A stretch of DNA of 53,907 bases. Origin: an uncultured Eubacteriales bacterium. GTDB taxonomy: Bacteria; Bacillota; Clostridia; Oscillospirales; Acutalibacteraceae. Every line of letters begins with the position of its first letter. Within the stretch, counting starts at the first letter, position 1. The notes under the pieces are model-generated. The model searched no databases. It had not been told where the DNA came from and was given only the letters and a program-made list of their open reading frames with translations. The DNA is taken from positions 1-53,907 of the forward strand of contig CAZGXK010000001.1 of assembly GCA_964529775.1 (NCBI GenBank). Reading direction: 5' to 3'. The position numbers were made by a program, and so were the translations under genes. Below, piece by piece: positions 20,251 through 30,975 of the stretch.

Positions 20251-20268
20251 CGGGAGAGGGCGTCGCAC

Positions 20269-21645
20269 ATGAAAACCGAGACGAAAAAAGAATACGCCGT
20301 CCCGTTCAAGGCCATCCGCAGGACCAAGAATATTGTCTTTTTCACGGTTCTCGGGGTGTTCGCGGTCATCGGGCTGATGTGGTTTTGGCGCCCCACCGTC
20401 TCGGAGACGGAAAAGCGGGAGCTCACCCCCTTTCCGGAACTGACCTTCTCCGGACTGATGGACGGCAGCTTCGCCGACGGGGTGAGCAAGTGGTATTCCG
20501 ATACCTATCCGCTGCGGGAATGGTTTATCGGCGGGGCGCACGCGCTGCAGTCCCTCTACGGCGACCGCTCCGAGCAGATCATCATCCACGACCCCCCGCC
20601 GGACGACGTCCCGCCGGCGCCTTCCGCCGAACCGACCCAGCCCGCCTCCCGCCCGTCATCGGTGCCGGGCGCCGCGACATCCACCACTCCGTCGTCCTCC
20701 GCCACGGAGGCGCCCACCACGACCACCTCCCGCGACGGCACCGTCACCACTCCGGGAGAGGTGCTCGGCTCCATCTATGTGACGGGGGACAGCGGCTACA
20801 GCCTCTACTACTTCAGCCAAGGCGTTGTGGACCAGTACGCGGATTTTGTCAACCGATCGCACCGGGCGCTCGGCGAGGGCGTGAATGTGTACTCGATGCC
20901 CATCCCGCTGAGCTCCGGGGTGATGCTGGACCCGTCGCTTCTGGAGGCGGTGGGCGCGAGCGACCAGAAAGCGGCGATCGCCTATATCGACAGCCGGATG
21001 GAGCCGGGCGTGCACGGGCTGGATTTGTTCGACACGCTGAAAGAGCACAACGCGGAGTACCTCTATTTCCGTACCGACCACCATTGGACGGCTCTCGGCG
21101 CGTATTACGCCTACACCGTTTTCTGCCGCGAAAAAGGGGTGACGCCTCACGGGCTCGAGCGGTTTGAACAGAAGAGCTACCCCGGTTTCCTCGGCACCTT
21201 CTACGCCGAATCGCTCTCTCAGGCGATGAAGGCGAATCCCGACACCCTTACGGCGTACATCCCCATGGGGACCAACGAGATGACCTTCACCGATAAAAGC
21301 GGCAACCAGATCCCGTGGTCCATCGTCATGGACGCGACGGATTACAGCAGCTCCGGCAAGTACAACTGTTTCGCCGGCTCCGACCAGCCGTACGCCGTCG
21401 CGCACAACCCGAAAATCACCGACGGAAGCGCCTGCGTCGTCGTCAAGGATTCCTTCGGCAACGCGTTTGTGCCGTTCCTGGTCGACCACTACGAGTATGT
21501 GTACTGGATTGATTTCCGCTATTACAAGGGTACCCTGACCGATCTCGTCAAGGAGAAAAACATCGGCGACGTGATCTACTGCCTGAATTTGTACAACACC
21601 ACCACGTCCAGCGCCATCGGTCTGCTGAACGGCCTGGTACCCTGA
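20269..21645 (+). CDS. DHHW family protein (AlgX/AlgJ/PatB-like partner of MBOAT)
   Basis: 458 aa with an N-terminal TM helix and a P/S/T-rich linker. Literal FRTDHHWT motif. Always paired with an MBOAT in Firmicutes. Confidence 0.82.
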   Translation: MKTETKKEYAVPFKAIRRTKNIVFFTVLGVFAVIGLMWFWRPTVSETEKRELTPFPELTFSGLMDGSFADGVSKWYSDTYPLREWFIGGAHALQSLYGDRSEQIIIHDPPPDDVPPAPSAEPTQPASRPSSVPGAATSTTPSSSATEAPTTTTSRDGTVTTPGEVLGSIYVTGDSGYSLYYFSQGVVDQYADFVNRSHRALGEGVNVYSMPIPLSSGVMLDPSLLEAVGASDQKAAIAYIDSRMEPGVHGLDLFDTLKEHNAEYLYFRTDHHWTALGAYYAYTVFCREKGVTPHGLERFEQKSYPGFLGTFYAESLSQAMKANPDTLTAYIPMGTNEMTFTDKSGNQIPWSIVMDATDYSSSGKYNCFAGSDQPYAVAHNPKITDGSACVVVKDSFGNAFVPFLVDHYEYVYWIDFRYYKGTLTDLVKEKNIGDVIYCLNLYNTTTSSAIGLLNGLVP

Positions 21646-21675
21646 CGATCCGTTTTCCGAAAGGAGAGAGACGCC

Positions 21676-22878
21676 TTGGCGAGCGCCGCCAAATCCCGTC
21701 CCCGCAAAAAGAAGGAAAAAATTCCGATTTTTTCCGCCTCCGGCCACATCGACACCCCGTTTCTGGTGATCCTGCTGCTGCTCTTGCTGGTGGGGCTCGC
21801 CTGTATGCTCTCGGCGGGGTACGCGAACGCCTACTACTGGTACAAAGACAGCTATTACTACATCAAAAAGCAGTTGATCTTCGCCGCGATCGGCATCGCC
21901 GTGATGATTCTCCTCTCGTTTGTCAACACCCGCGTGTGGCACAAGCTGGCGCTCCCCGTCGCCGGGGTTTCGCTGGTGCTGCTGGTGGTGGTGCTGTTCC
22001 TGCCGAGCCAGACCGGTATTCACCGGTGGATCGACATCCCCGGCATCGGGCAGTTCCAGCCCTCGGAGATTGCGAAATTCGCGGTGATTCTGCTGTTCGC
22101 CCACATGATTTCTCTCAATTACCGTGAGATGAAGACCTTTAAAAAGGGCTTTCTGCCGTTTATGCTGGTGCTCGCCGTCTTCTGCGCGCTGGTGCTCAGG
22201 GAGCCCCATCTCTCCGGCACACTGCTGATTTTCGCCATCGGCTGCATCATGATGTTCGTGGGGGGCACCCGCCCCGTGTACCTTGTCGGCACTCTCGTGC
22301 TGGGGGCGGCGGTCGTCGGGGTGATGGTCTTTGTGCTCGGGTACGAACAGGACCGCATCGACGTGTGGCTGCACCTCGACGAGGTGTTCGTCTCCGACCG
22401 CGACGCCGCCTGGCAGACCATGCAGTCGCTGTACGCCATAGGCTCCGGCGGCCTGATGGGCAGGGGTTTCGGCAATTCTCTGGCGAAACATCTCTTTTTG
22501 CCGGAACCGCAAAACGATTTCGTGTTCTCCGTCTGGTGCGAGGAGATGGGGTTTGTGGGCGCGGTGCTGGTCATCGTGCTGTTCGCGGTGCTGGTGTGGC
22601 GCGGCTTTGTGATCGCGATGCGCGCGCAGGATAAATTCGGTTTTCTGATCGCCATCGGGTTCTCGTCCCAGATCGCCGTGCAGGTGGCGATCAACATCGC
22701 GGTGGTGACCAATCTGCTTCCGAACACCGGCATCAGCCTGCCGTTTTTCAGCGCCGGCGGAACCTCGCTTATCATGCTGCTCGCGCAGATGGGCATCATG
22801 CTCGCCATCTCCAAGACCGGCCGCAAGAAGGAAAAAACGGAGGAACCGGCGCCGAAGGCAGAGGGGAGTGTCGCGTAG
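21676..22878 (+). CDS. ftsW: FtsW/RodA/SpoVE family peptidoglycan glycosyltransferase
   Basis: 400 aa SEDS protein. QPSEIAKF, LPEPQNDFVFS and GISLPFFSAGGTS motifs. TTG start as given in the track. Confidence 0.9.
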   Translation: MASAAKSRPRKKKEKIPIFSASGHIDTPFLVILLLLLLVGLACMLSAGYANAYYWYKDSYYYIKKQLIFAAIGIAVMILLSFVNTRVWHKLALPVAGVSLVLLVVVLFLPSQTGIHRWIDIPGIGQFQPSEIAKFAVILLFAHMISLNYREMKTFKKGFLPFMLVLAVFCALVLREPHLSGTLLIFAIGCIMMFVGGTRPVYLVGTLVLGAAVVGVMVFVLGYEQDRIDVWLHLDEVFVSDRDAAWQTMQSLYAIGSGGLMGRGFGNSLAKHLFLPEPQNDFVFSVWCEEMGFVGAVLVIVLFAVLVWRGFVIAMRAQDKFGFLIAIGFSSQIAVQVAINIAVVTNLLPNTGISLPFFSAGGTSLIMLLAQMGIMLAISKTGRKKEKTEEPAPKAEGSVA

Positions 22879-22880
22879 AC

Positions 22881-23999
22881 GTGCGGGTGCTGATGACGGG
22901 CGGCGGTACCGCGGGGCACATTCACCCCGCGCTGACCATCGCCAGGGCGCTGCAGAGCGCCGACCCGAAAACCGAAATTCTCTTTGTGGGCGCTAAGGGG
23001 CGCATGGAAACCCGCCTTGTCCCGCAGGCCGGATTTCCCATGCGTACCATGTCCGTCAGCGGGTTCGAGCGCAGCATGACCCCGAAGGCGGTGGCGCACA
23101 ATATCGCCGCCTGCTGGCACGCGGTGAGCGGGTGGGTGGTGTCCCGCCGGATACTGCGCGCGTTCTCGCCGGATGTCGCGGTGGGGACCGGCGGGTATGT
23201 GTGCGGCCCGGTGCTGGGGGCCGCCGAGAAAATGGGCATACCCGTGGTGCTGCACGAGTCCAACGCGCTCCCCGGGGTGACGGTGAAGATGCTCTGCCAT
23301 TTCGCGACCGTGTGCCTCGCAGAGGAATCGGCGAGGGCGCATTTGCCCCCCGAGACCGAAACGGTGGTGACCGGCAACCCCATCCCGCCCGAGATGACCG
23401 TGGCGGACCGGCGGGAGGCGAGGCAAAAGCTGAAGCTGGACGACCGCCCGCTCGTGCTCTCGTTTGGCGGCAGCCTCGGGGCGAGGGCGATCAACGAGGC
23501 GATGGCGCAGGTGTTCGCGCTCGCCGGGGGAGAGGCGCAGTTTGTGCACGGTGCCGGCAGCGCGGGATATGAGGAGATGAGAGCGGATCTCGCCCGCCGC
23601 GGGATTCCCGACCACGGCAGCGGCATATGGGTGAGGGAATACATCGACGATATGGCCGATTGCCTGGCGGCGGCGGACCTCGTCGTGTGCCGGTGCGGGG
23701 CGATGACCCTCACCGAGCTTCAGGCCTGCGGCAAGCCCTCGGTGCTGATTCCCTCCCCCCATGTGGCGGAGAACCATCAGCTGTACAACGCCCAGGCGCT
23801 GGTGGAAAGGGGCGCCGCCGTCTGCCTCGAGGAAAAGGATCTCACTCCCGAGACGCTCTGGCAGACGATTCGTTCCCTCATCACATCGAGGGAGCGTCTG
23901 AGCGAAATGTCCGAGCGCGCGAGGGAAGGGGCGGCGCCGGACGCACTGTCGCGCATCGTGCGGGTGATCCTCTCCCGGGCGCGGCAGCCGAAAGAATAG
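22881..23999 (+). CDS. murG: undecaprenyldiphospho-muramoylpentapeptide beta-N-acetylglucosaminyltransferase
   Basis: 372 aa. GGGTAGHIHPAL N-terminus and the C-terminal donor-binding region (CRCGAMTLTEL). Confidence 0.94.
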   Translation: MRVLMTGGGTAGHIHPALTIARALQSADPKTEILFVGAKGRMETRLVPQAGFPMRTMSVSGFERSMTPKAVAHNIAACWHAVSGWVVSRRILRAFSPDVAVGTGGYVCGPVLGAAEKMGIPVVLHESNALPGVTVKMLCHFATVCLAEESARAHLPPETETVVTGNPIPPEMTVADRREARQKLKLDDRPLVLSFGGSLGARAINEAMAQVFALAGGEAQFVHGAGSAGYEEMRADLARRGIPDHGSGIWVREYIDDMADCLAAADLVVCRCGAMTLTELQACGKPSVLIPSPHVAENHQLYNAQALVERGAAVCLEEKDLTPETLWQTIRSLITSRERLSEMSERAREGAAPDALSRIVRVILSRARQPKE

Positions 24000-24053
24000 G
24001 ACCGGAGCACGGCGCATCCCCGCAGCCAAAAAGGGGAGGGGGAGGAGGACGGC

Positions 24054-24983
24054 ATGGGCAAGACCCCGCAGGAAAAACTGACCCGGCAGCGGTATATCAC
24101 TCTGGTCGTGATGCTGCTGCTCATCCTGATGCTGGCGGTCGGTTCGGTCGTGCTGTGGATTCTCACCCCCCGCCCCGTCGTCAACGACCCTCAGGCGCCG
24201 TTCGCCGTGCGCACGGTCACGCTGGAGGGCAACACCAAATACCGCGAGGACGCGGTTCTGGGCATGAGCGGCGTCACGGTGGGGCAAAATCTCTTTACGG
24301 TGAACACCGACGACGTGCGCGAGCGCCTGCTCGCCGCCTTTCCCTACTTCGAGACGGTGGACGTGCAGACGTTGCACATGAACGAGGTGCATATCGCGGT
24401 GACCGAGACCTCCCCCGCCGCGGCGGTGGCGCAAAACGGGTGCTGGCTGCTGTTCAGCCGCTCGGGCCGGGTGCTCGAACAGCGCGAGATGCGCGGCGAT
24501 CTCCCCGAGGGGTTTCTCTGGGTGAAGGGGGCGGATCCCCCGCCCGACGCAGAGGGCGATCTGACGGTGGGCGGCAAAGTCATGGACGATTACTGCCTTA
24601 CCATCTTTCACTCCCTGACGGATGCCATCTCCGCCCACGGCCTTTCCGGTGTGACCGCCATGGATTTGAGCGACAAGAACGATTTGCGCCTGACGTGGGA
24701 CGACCGCATCGAAATCCGCCTCGGCAACACCTCCAACCTCGACCACGAGATCGGGGTGGTGGCGGTCACCATCCCCAAGGTGCTGGGCAGACACGGGCAA
24801 AACGCCTCCGGGGTGCTGAACGTCAGCTCCTATTCCAACCCGGCCCTCGAGAATCAGGCGGTGTTCACCCCGTCGTCGCTGCTCCCGACGACCACCACCG
24901 CCCAAAGACGTCCCTCGCCCGGCGACCAGACTCAGCCTTCGGAGACCGAACCGTCGGAGGACGGCGGCGGGGAAGAGGAGTGA
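24054..24983 (+). CDS. ftsQ: cell division protein FtsQ/DivIB (POTRA)
   Basis: 309 aa with one TM helix and a POTRA-like segment (VRTVTLEGNTKYREDAVLGMSGVTVGQNLF). Located between murG and ftsZ. Confidence 0.8.
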   Translation: MGKTPQEKLTRQRYITLVVMLLLILMLAVGSVVLWILTPRPVVNDPQAPFAVRTVTLEGNTKYREDAVLGMSGVTVGQNLFTVNTDDVRERLLAAFPYFETVDVQTLHMNEVHIAVTETSPAAAVAQNGCWLLFSRSGRVLEQREMRGDLPEGFLWVKGADPPPDAEGDLTVGGKVMDDYCLTIFHSLTDAISAHGLSGVTAMDLSDKNDLRLTWDDRIEIRLGNTSNLDHEIGVVAVTIPKVLGRHGQNASGVLNVSSYSNPALENQAVFTPSSLLPTTTTAQRRPSPGDQTQPSETEPSEDGGGEEE

Positions 24984-25154
24984 CAGCCCAAAAATTTTCC
25001 GTAAATCGCAAAAAACCCCGGGGCAGGGCTTGAATTGGCGGAGAAATTGTGATACAGTAAACTATGAGTAAGATTTTTCGGCATCGGTTGTTTGATTCGC
25101 CCCAACCCGGCGGGGGAATCGGTTGTCAGCTATTCAAAAAGGGAGGATGGTTTC

Positions 25155-26240
25155 ATGGGATTCCAGATTGAAAACGACTACGCGGGCAGTGTGCAGATAA
25201 AGATTGTCGGCGTCGGAGGCGGCGGCGGCAACGCGGTGGACCGCATGGTGCGCTCCGGCCTGCAGGGCGTGGAGTTTGTGGCGATCAACACCGACCGCCA
25301 GGCGATTTCGCGCTCGCAGGCGACCCTGAAAATTCAGATCGGGGAGAAGCTGACCCACGGCATGGGCGCCGGCGCGAACCCGGACAAGGGCCAGCGCGCG
25401 GCGGAAGAAAGCCGGGAGGAGATCGAGGCGGCGCTCAAGGGCACCGATATGGTGTTCATCACCGCCGGCATGGGCGGCGGCACCGGCACGGGGGCGGCCC
25501 CCGTGGTGGCGGGCATCGCGCGGGATCTGGGCATTCTCACCGTGGGCATTGTCACCAAGCCGTTCGCCTTTGAGGGGCGCCGTCGCATGGAACAGGCGGA
25601 GCAGGGCATCACCAGCCTGCGCGAGCACGTGGACAGCCTTTTGGTCATTCCCAACGAGCGCCTCAAGCTGATTACCGACCAGCGGGTGACCCTCGCCAAC
25701 GCCTTCAATATGGCGGACGATGTGCTGCGCCAGGGCGTGCAGTCGATTTCCGATTTGATCACCAGCCAGGCGATGGTCAACCTCGATTTCGCGGACGTGA
25801 CCGCGATCATGAAAGACGCCGGTTACGCGCACATGGGCTTCGGCCGTGCCGGGGGCAAGGACAAGGCGACGGAAGCGGCCGAGCGCGCGGTGGCGAGCCC
25901 CCTGCTGGAGACCTCCATCAAGGGCGCGCGCGGCGTGATCATCAACATCACCTCCTCCCCCGATGTCGATTTGGAAGACGTGGACACCGCGGCGTCGCTC
26001 ATCAGCAGCGCGGCGCACCCCGACGCGAACATCATCTGGGGCATGGCGTTCGACGACACACTGGACGACGAGATGGTGGTCACCGTGGTGGCGACCGGAT
26101 TCGACGAGGGCGGCGGCGGCTTCCCGGCATCGACCTCGATCGAGGATATCCCCGGCTTCTCGCCGCTCAAAAACGCGGCGCAGGAAGAGGAGAGCGACGG
26201 GTTCGACGAGATCATGAATCTGTTCGGGAACCGGCATTAA
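25155..26240 (+). CDS. ftsZ: cell division GTPase FtsZ
   Basis: Start at ATG 25155 (MGFQIENDY) after a GGGAGGA RBS. GGGGGNA and the tubulin signature [15 protein letters not shown]. Confidence 0.97.
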   Translation: MGFQIENDYAGSVQIKIVGVGGGGGNAVDRMVRSGLQGVEFVAINTDRQAISRSQATLKIQIGEKLTHGMGAGANPDKGQRAAEESREEIEAALKGTDMVFITAGMGGGTGTGAAPVVAGIARDLGILTVGIVTKPFAFEGRRRMEQAEQGITSLREHVDSLLVIPNERLKLITDQRVTLANAFNMADDVLRQGVQSISDLITSQAMVNLDFADVTAIMKDAGYAHMGFGRAGGKDKATEAAERAVASPLLETSIKGARGVIINITSSPDVDLEDVDTAASLISSAAHPDANIIWGMAFDDTLDDEMVVTVVATGFDEGGGGFPASTSIEDIPGFSPLKNAAQEEESDGFDEIMNLFGNRH

Positions 26241-26253
26241 ACCGTCACAACCA

Positions 26254-26287
26254 AAGGGGAGGGCGACGCCCTCCCCTTTCTTCTTCC
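26254..26287 (+). terminator. intrinsic terminator after ftsZ
   Basis: 12-bp stem AAAGGGGAGGGC / GCCCTCCCCTTT with a 3-nt loop, followed by CTTCTT. Confidence 0.8.
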
Positions 26288-26332
26288 GGTGGGCCCCGGC
26301 CGCGCCGGAAAGAGAGAGGGGGAAGGAGCCTT

Positions 26333-26953
26333 ATGCGCATCGTTTCCGCCGAGAAGAAAAGAGGGCACCTCATGGCGGTGGCGCTGGACGACGGGCAGAC
26401 GGCGGATATCGACATCGCCGTCTGGGAGCACAGCCGGGCACGGACGGGCGACGAGATCGGCGAGGAGGCGTGGGAGAACCTGCGGGAGACATCGGTGCGC
26501 ACCCGCGTGCATGAACGGGCGCTCTACTATCTCTCCGCGCGCGATTACGGGAGCGGGGAGATGGCGGGCAAGCTCCGCGCGGCGGGCTTTCCGCGCGACG
26601 CGGCGGAGAGGGAAGTCCGCCGCCTCTGCGACGCGGGGCTGATCGACGACGAGCGCACCGCGGGGAGAATCGCGCGCGATCTCGCCTCCCGCAAGCTCTA
26701 TCCGAGGCGGCGGATTGTCCTGGCGCTGAGGGACAGGGGCTTTTCCGCCGAGACGGCGGAGCGGGCGGCGGAAGCCCTGCCGGACGACGAAGTGCAGCAG
26801 GCTCTTGCATTGCTGCGCAGAAAACGGTATAATGGGAATATGGATTTTTCCGACCGGCAAAAGGCTCTGGGTGCGCTCGCCCGTTACGGTTTTTCCTACG
26901 GGGCCGCCAAAGAGGCCATCGAGAGGCTGGGGGAGGACGAATCATCGCAGTGA
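26333..26953 (+). CDS. recX: recombination regulator RecX
   Basis: 206 aa of helical repeats. ALYYLSARDYGSGEMAGKL and LIDDERTA are typical RecX repeats. Confidence 0.8.
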   Translation: MRIVSAEKKRGHLMAVALDDGQTADIDIAVWEHSRARTGDEIGEEAWENLRETSVRTRVHERALYYLSARDYGSGEMAGKLRAAGFPRDAAEREVRRLCDAGLIDDERTAGRIARDLASRKLYPRRRIVLALRDRGFSAETAERAAEALPDDEVQQALALLRRKRYNGNMDFSDRQKALGALARYGFSYGAAKEAIERLGEDESSQ

Positions 26954-26969
26954 AGAGAAGGAGCGGGAG

Positions 26970-28331
26970 ATGGCGGTCAAAGTCGGGATGGTTTCCCTCG
27001 GGTGCCCCAAAAATCAGATGGACGCCGAGCTCATGCTCGCGTCCCTCAGAGAGGCAGGGTATGAGCTGACGTCGGACGCGGAGAGCGCGGACGTCGTGGT
27101 GGTTAACACCTGCGGTTTTATCGAGGACGCCAAACGCGAGGCCATTGAAAATATTCTGGAATTTGCGAAGCTCAAGGAAGAGGGGCGCATCCGAAAACTG
27201 GTGGTCACCGGCTGCCTTGCGCAGCGGTACCGCGAGGAGCTGGCGCGCGAGATACCCGAGTGCGACGCGGTGCTGGGGCTCGGCGCGAACGCCGACATCG
27301 CCCGCGCCGTCGGCGAGGTGTTGCGGGGGGAGAGCGTCGTGTCGTTTCCTCCGCTCAGCCGGTGGAAGACAGACGGGCGCCGGGTGCAGACCACCCCCTC
27401 CTATTTCGCCTATCTGAGAGTGGCGGACGGGTGCGACAACCGCTGCGCCTACTGCGCGATCCCGTCCATCCGCGGTCCTCTGCGCAGCCGGAGCGAGGAG
27501 GATATCCTTGAGGAGGCGGGCGTTCTCGCCCGAAACGGGGTCAGGGAACTCAACCTGGTCGCGCAGGATCTCACCCTGTACGGCGCCGACAAAACCGGTG
27601 AGAGCCGCCTCGCGGAGCTGGTGCAAAAATTGTGCCGAATCGACGGCATCGAGTGGATTCGGCTGCTGTACTGCTATCCCGACCACATCACCGAGCCGCT
27701 GCTCGATGTGATCGCCGGAGAGAAAAAAGTGGTGAAATATCTCGATATCCCGCTTCAGCACGCGGACGGAGAGGTCCTGCGCGCGATGGGGAGACAGGGG
27801 GACGCCGAGAGCCTTGCGCGGCTTCTCTCCCATATCCGACGTCGCGTGCCGGGCATTGTGCTGCGCACGACCGTGATGGTGGGGTTTCCCGGGGAGACCG
27901 GGCGGGCGTTTGAGACGCTGTGCGCCTTCCTGCGGGACGTCCGCTTTGAGTGGCTGGGCTGCTTCCCCTTCTCCGCGGAAGAGGGTACTCCCGCCGAAAA
28001 GATGCCGCGTCAGATCCCGCAGAAGGTGAAAGAGCGGCGGCGCGACACCGTGATGAGCCGGCAGGCGGAAATCACGGGGGAGTGGCTGAGCTCGCTGGTC
28101 GGCCGGCGCGTGGAGGTGCTGGCGGAGGGCTTTGACCGCTGCGCCGGGTGCTGGTTTGGCCGGGCGGCGTTCCAGGCACCGGATATCGACGGCAAGGTGT
28201 TCTTCTCGGCGCGCGGCGCCGAGGTGGCGCCGGGGGATCTCGTGTCGGTGGACGTCACGGACACGATGGACTGGGATGTGCTCGGAGAGCTTTGTCCCGC
28301 GGACAGGGGGGAGAAACATGAATCTGCCTAA
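26970..28331 (+). CDS. rimO: ribosomal protein S12 methylthiotransferase RimO (radical SAM MiaB family)
   Basis: Start at ATG 26970 (MAVKVGMVSLGCPKNQ). N-terminal Cys triad (C...C...C) and the radical-SAM CDNRCAYCAIP motif, followed by a TRAM-like C-terminus. Confidence 0.88.
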   Translation: MAVKVGMVSLGCPKNQMDAELMLASLREAGYELTSDAESADVVVVNTCGFIEDAKREAIENILEFAKLKEEGRIRKLVVTGCLAQRYREELAREIPECDAVLGLGANADIARAVGEVLRGESVVSFPPLSRWKTDGRRVQTTPSYFAYLRVADGCDNRCAYCAIPSIRGPLRSRSEEDILEEAGVLARNGVRELNLVAQDLTLYGADKTGESRLAELVQKLCRIDGIEWIRLLYCYPDHITEPLLDVIAGEKKVVKYLDIPLQHADGEVLRAMGRQGDAESLARLLSHIRRRVPGIVLRTTVMVGFPGETGRAFETLCAFLRDVRFEWLGCFPFSAEEGTPAEKMPRQIPQKVKERRRDTVMSRQAEITGEWLSSLVGRRVEVLAEGFDRCAGCWFGRAAFQAPDIDGKVFFSARGAEVAPGDLVSVDVTDTMDWDVLGELCPADRGEKHESA

Positions 28332-28911
28332 CCGGCTCACGCTGCTGCGCGTGCTGATGGTGCCGCTCATCATGGTGCTGCTGCTTTGTACTTTTCCGTT
28401 CCACACTCTCGCGGCGGCGGCGGTGTTCGGCCTCGCCTGCCTGACCGATTATTTCGACGGCAAAATCGCCCGCGAGAGGGGACTTGTCACCGATTTCGGC
28501 AAATTTCTCGACCCGATCGCCGACAAAATGCTGACCACGGGCGTTTTTGTGGTCTTTCTGCGGATGGGGATCATCGACGTTTGGGCGGTGATGCTGGTGC
28601 TCACCCGCGAGTTCGCGGTGAGTTCGATGCGTATGCTCGCCGCCAAAGAGGGGGAAGTGGTGCCGGCGAGCATCGCCGGCAAGGTCAAGACAGTGGCGCA
28701 GTATGTGGCGCTCCTGTTCACCATGGCCCTGCTGCAGTGGCGCGAGTTGGCCGAGAGATTCCCCGTGATGCACATCACCTTTACGCCGCCGCTCTGGACG
28801 GCGAGAGTGATGATCTGGATTTCGGTGATCCTCACGGTGATTTCCGGCGCGGAGTACTGCTGGAAGCTGAGATGGGTCGTCCTTCCCAAAGGGGGCGACC
28901 GCCGTGTTTGA
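28318..28911 (+). CDS. pgsA: CDP-diacylglycerol--glycerol-3-phosphate 3-phosphatidyltransferase
   Basis: Start at ATG 28318 ([17 protein letters not shown]). CDP-alcohol motif [27 protein letters not shown]. Confidence 0.92.
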   Translation: MNLPNRLTLLRVLMVPLIMVLLLCTFPFHTLAAAAVFGLACLTDYFDGKIARERGLVTDFGKFLDPIADKMLTTGVFVVFLRMGIIDVWAVMLVLTREFAVSSMRMLAAKEGEVVPASIAGKVKTVAQYVALLFTMALLQWRELAERFPVMHITFTPPLWTARVMIWISVILTVISGAEYCWKLRWVVLPKGGDRRV

Positions 28912-29557
28912 CCTCCTCAGGGAGGATATCGCCACCGTGCGCTCGCGGGACCCTGCCGCGCGCTCCGCTTTGGAGATTTTGCTGCTGTACAATGGCATCA
29001 AGGCGGTGCGCTCCCACCGGAGGGCGCAGTGGTGCTCCCGCCACGGGCACAAATTTCTGGCGCGCTGGATCTCCCAGCGGTGCGTGCGCCGCACCAACAT
29101 CGAGATTCACCCCGACGCGGTGATCGGCAGGCGGTTGTTTATCGACCACGGCACCGGGGTGGTGATCGGGGAAACCACCGAGATCGGCGACGACTGCACC
29201 CTGTATCAGGGGGTGACGCTGGGCGGCACCGGCAAGGATAAGGGCAAGCGCCATCCCACCCTGGGCAACAACGTGATGGTGGGGGCGGGCGCCACAATTC
29301 TGGGCCCCATCCGCATCGGCGACAACGTGCGCATCGCGGCGGGCGCGGTGGTGCTCTCGGATATCCCCGACAACTGCACCGCGGTGGGCGTCCCGGCGCG
29401 GGTGGTGCGGGTGAACGGGGAGCGAGTGCGGCAGGCGGACCTCGACCAGATCCACATCCCCGACCCGGTCTCGCAGGAGCTGTGCCGTCTGCAGTATGAG
29501 ATCGACACGCTGAAAAAAGAGCGGACGGCATCGAGAGGAAAGGACAGTCCCGCATGA
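28904..29557 (+). CDS. cysE: serine O-acetyltransferase
   Basis: 217 aa with hexapeptide repeats ([41 protein letters not shown]). Located upstream of cysS. Confidence 0.9.
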   Translation: MFDLLREDIATVRSRDPAARSALEILLLYNGIKAVRSHRRAQWCSRHGHKFLARWISQRCVRRTNIEIHPDAVIGRRLFIDHGTGVVIGETTEIGDDCTLYQGVTLGGTGKDKGKRHPTLGNNVMVGAGATILGPIRIGDNVRIAAGAVVLSDIPDNCTAVGVPARVVRVNGERVRQADLDQIHIPDPVSQELCRLQYEIDTLKKERTASRGKDSPA

Positions 29558-30957
29558 AGATTTGGAATACCATGACCCGTGAAAAAGAGGAACTTCTCCC
29601 CGGCGAGGACGGGGTGCTGCGGGTGTACGCCTGCGGCCCGACGGTGTACGACTACATCCACATCGGCAACGCGCGCCCGCTGTGCGTCTTTGACGTGCTG
29701 CGGCGCTATCTGGAGTGGCGCGGGGTCACGGTGCGGTTTGTGCAGAATTTCACCGATATCGACGACAAGATCATCCGCCGCGCCGCCGAGGAGGGAGTGA
29801 GCTGCGGAGAAGTCGCCGAGCGGTTTATCCGGGAATACTGGGTCGACGCGGACGGGCTCGGCGTGAAAAAAGCGACGGTGCACCCCCGCGCGACCGAGAA
29901 TATGGACGAGATCCTCGCTATGATCGCCGATCTGGTGCACAAGGGGCATGCCTACCCCTCGGAGGGCGGCGACGTCTATTTTCGCGTGCGCTCTTTCCCG
30001 GAGTACGGCAAACTCAGCCATCAGCCGCTGGACGAGCTGGAGAGCGGGGCGCGGATTCAGGTGGGCGAGGATAAGGAGGATCCGCTGGATTTCGCACTGT
30101 GGAAGGCGGCCAAGCCCGGTGAGCCGTACTGGGATTCCCCCTGGGGCAGGGGGAGGCCGGGCTGGCACATCGAGTGCTCCGCTATGGCGAGGCGGTATCT
30201 CGGGACGACGATCGATCTGCACTGCGGCGGGCAGGATCTGATATTCCCCCACCACGAAAACGAGATTGCGCAGAGCGAGTGCTGCAACGAGGCACCGTTT
30301 GCCCGCCGCTGGATGCACAACGGGCACATCAACGTCCAAAACAAAAAGATGTCCAAATCTTTGGGCAATTTTTTCACGGTGCGGGACGTCGCCGCCCGGT
30401 ACGGCTATGAGGCGATCCGCTTCTTCCTCATCTCCTCGTCCTACCGAAGCCCCCTCAATTACACCGAGGAGAGCATCGGGCAGGCGGTGTCCGCCCTCGA
30501 CCGGCTGACCCGCTGCCGGGACGCGCTGGAGCACGCGGTGCGGCACGGCGGCAGCGGGGAGGGCGACGCCGAGGCGGAGAAGACGTTCGCCGCCCGCCGC
30601 GATCGCTTTATCGAGGTGATGGACGACGATCTCAACACGGCGGACGCGATAGCGGCTCTCTTTGAGTGGGTGCGCGACGTCAATCTTTTCCTTCGGGACG
30701 CCTCTCTCTCGTCGGACGGCGCGCGGAGGGCGCTCGAAGGTCTGCTCGAACTGACCGGCGTGCTCGGTCTGACGCTTAAGCGGAAGGAAGAGAACCGGGA
30801 GGACGAGGGCGAGATCGAGGCGCTGATCGCCGAGAGGAGCGAGGCGAGGGCGCGAAAAGACTGGGCCCGCTCGGACGCCGTTCGCGACCGTCTGCGACAG
30901 ATGGGTATTGTGCTGGAGGACACCCCGGACGGGGTGCGCTGGCACAGAGAATCCTGA
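29554..30957 (+). CDS. cysS: cysteine--tRNA ligase
   Basis: 467 aa. HIGNAR (HIGH) and KMSKS motifs are both literally present. Confidence 0.96.
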   Translation: MKIWNTMTREKEELLPGEDGVLRVYACGPTVYDYIHIGNARPLCVFDVLRRYLEWRGVTVRFVQNFTDIDDKIIRRAAEEGVSCGEVAERFIREYWVDADGLGVKKATVHPRATENMDEILAMIADLVHKGHAYPSEGGDVYFRVRSFPEYGKLSHQPLDELESGARIQVGEDKEDPLDFALWKAAKPGEPYWDSPWGRGRPGWHIECSAMARRYLGTTIDLHCGGQDLIFPHHENEIAQSECCNEAPFARRWMHNGHINVQNKKMSKSLGNFFTVRDVAARYGYEAIRFFLISSSYRSPLNYTEESIGQAVSALDRLTRCRDALEHAVRHGGSGEGDAEAEKTFAARRDRFIEVMDDDLNTADAIAALFEWVRDVNLFLRDASLSSDGARRALEGLLELTGVLGLTLKRKEENREDEGEIEALIAERSEARARKDWARSDAVRDRLRQMGIVLEDTPDGVRWHRES

Positions 30958-30975
30958 AAAAAGGGGGAGTTTACG

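Noticed and set aside
22119-24905. Very long minus-strand ORF (928 aa) and similar giants: 774-2054, 12232-13884, 16243-17715, 20656-22512, 26370-28406, 29206-31245, 34900-36783, 38888-41041, 43837-45618, 48214-49812 and 50714-52861.
   Set aside because: All lie antisense to, or out of frame with, strongly supported conserved genes. Their products are Arg/Gly/Pro/His-rich and have no RBS. These are typical shadow ORFs of a high-GC genome.
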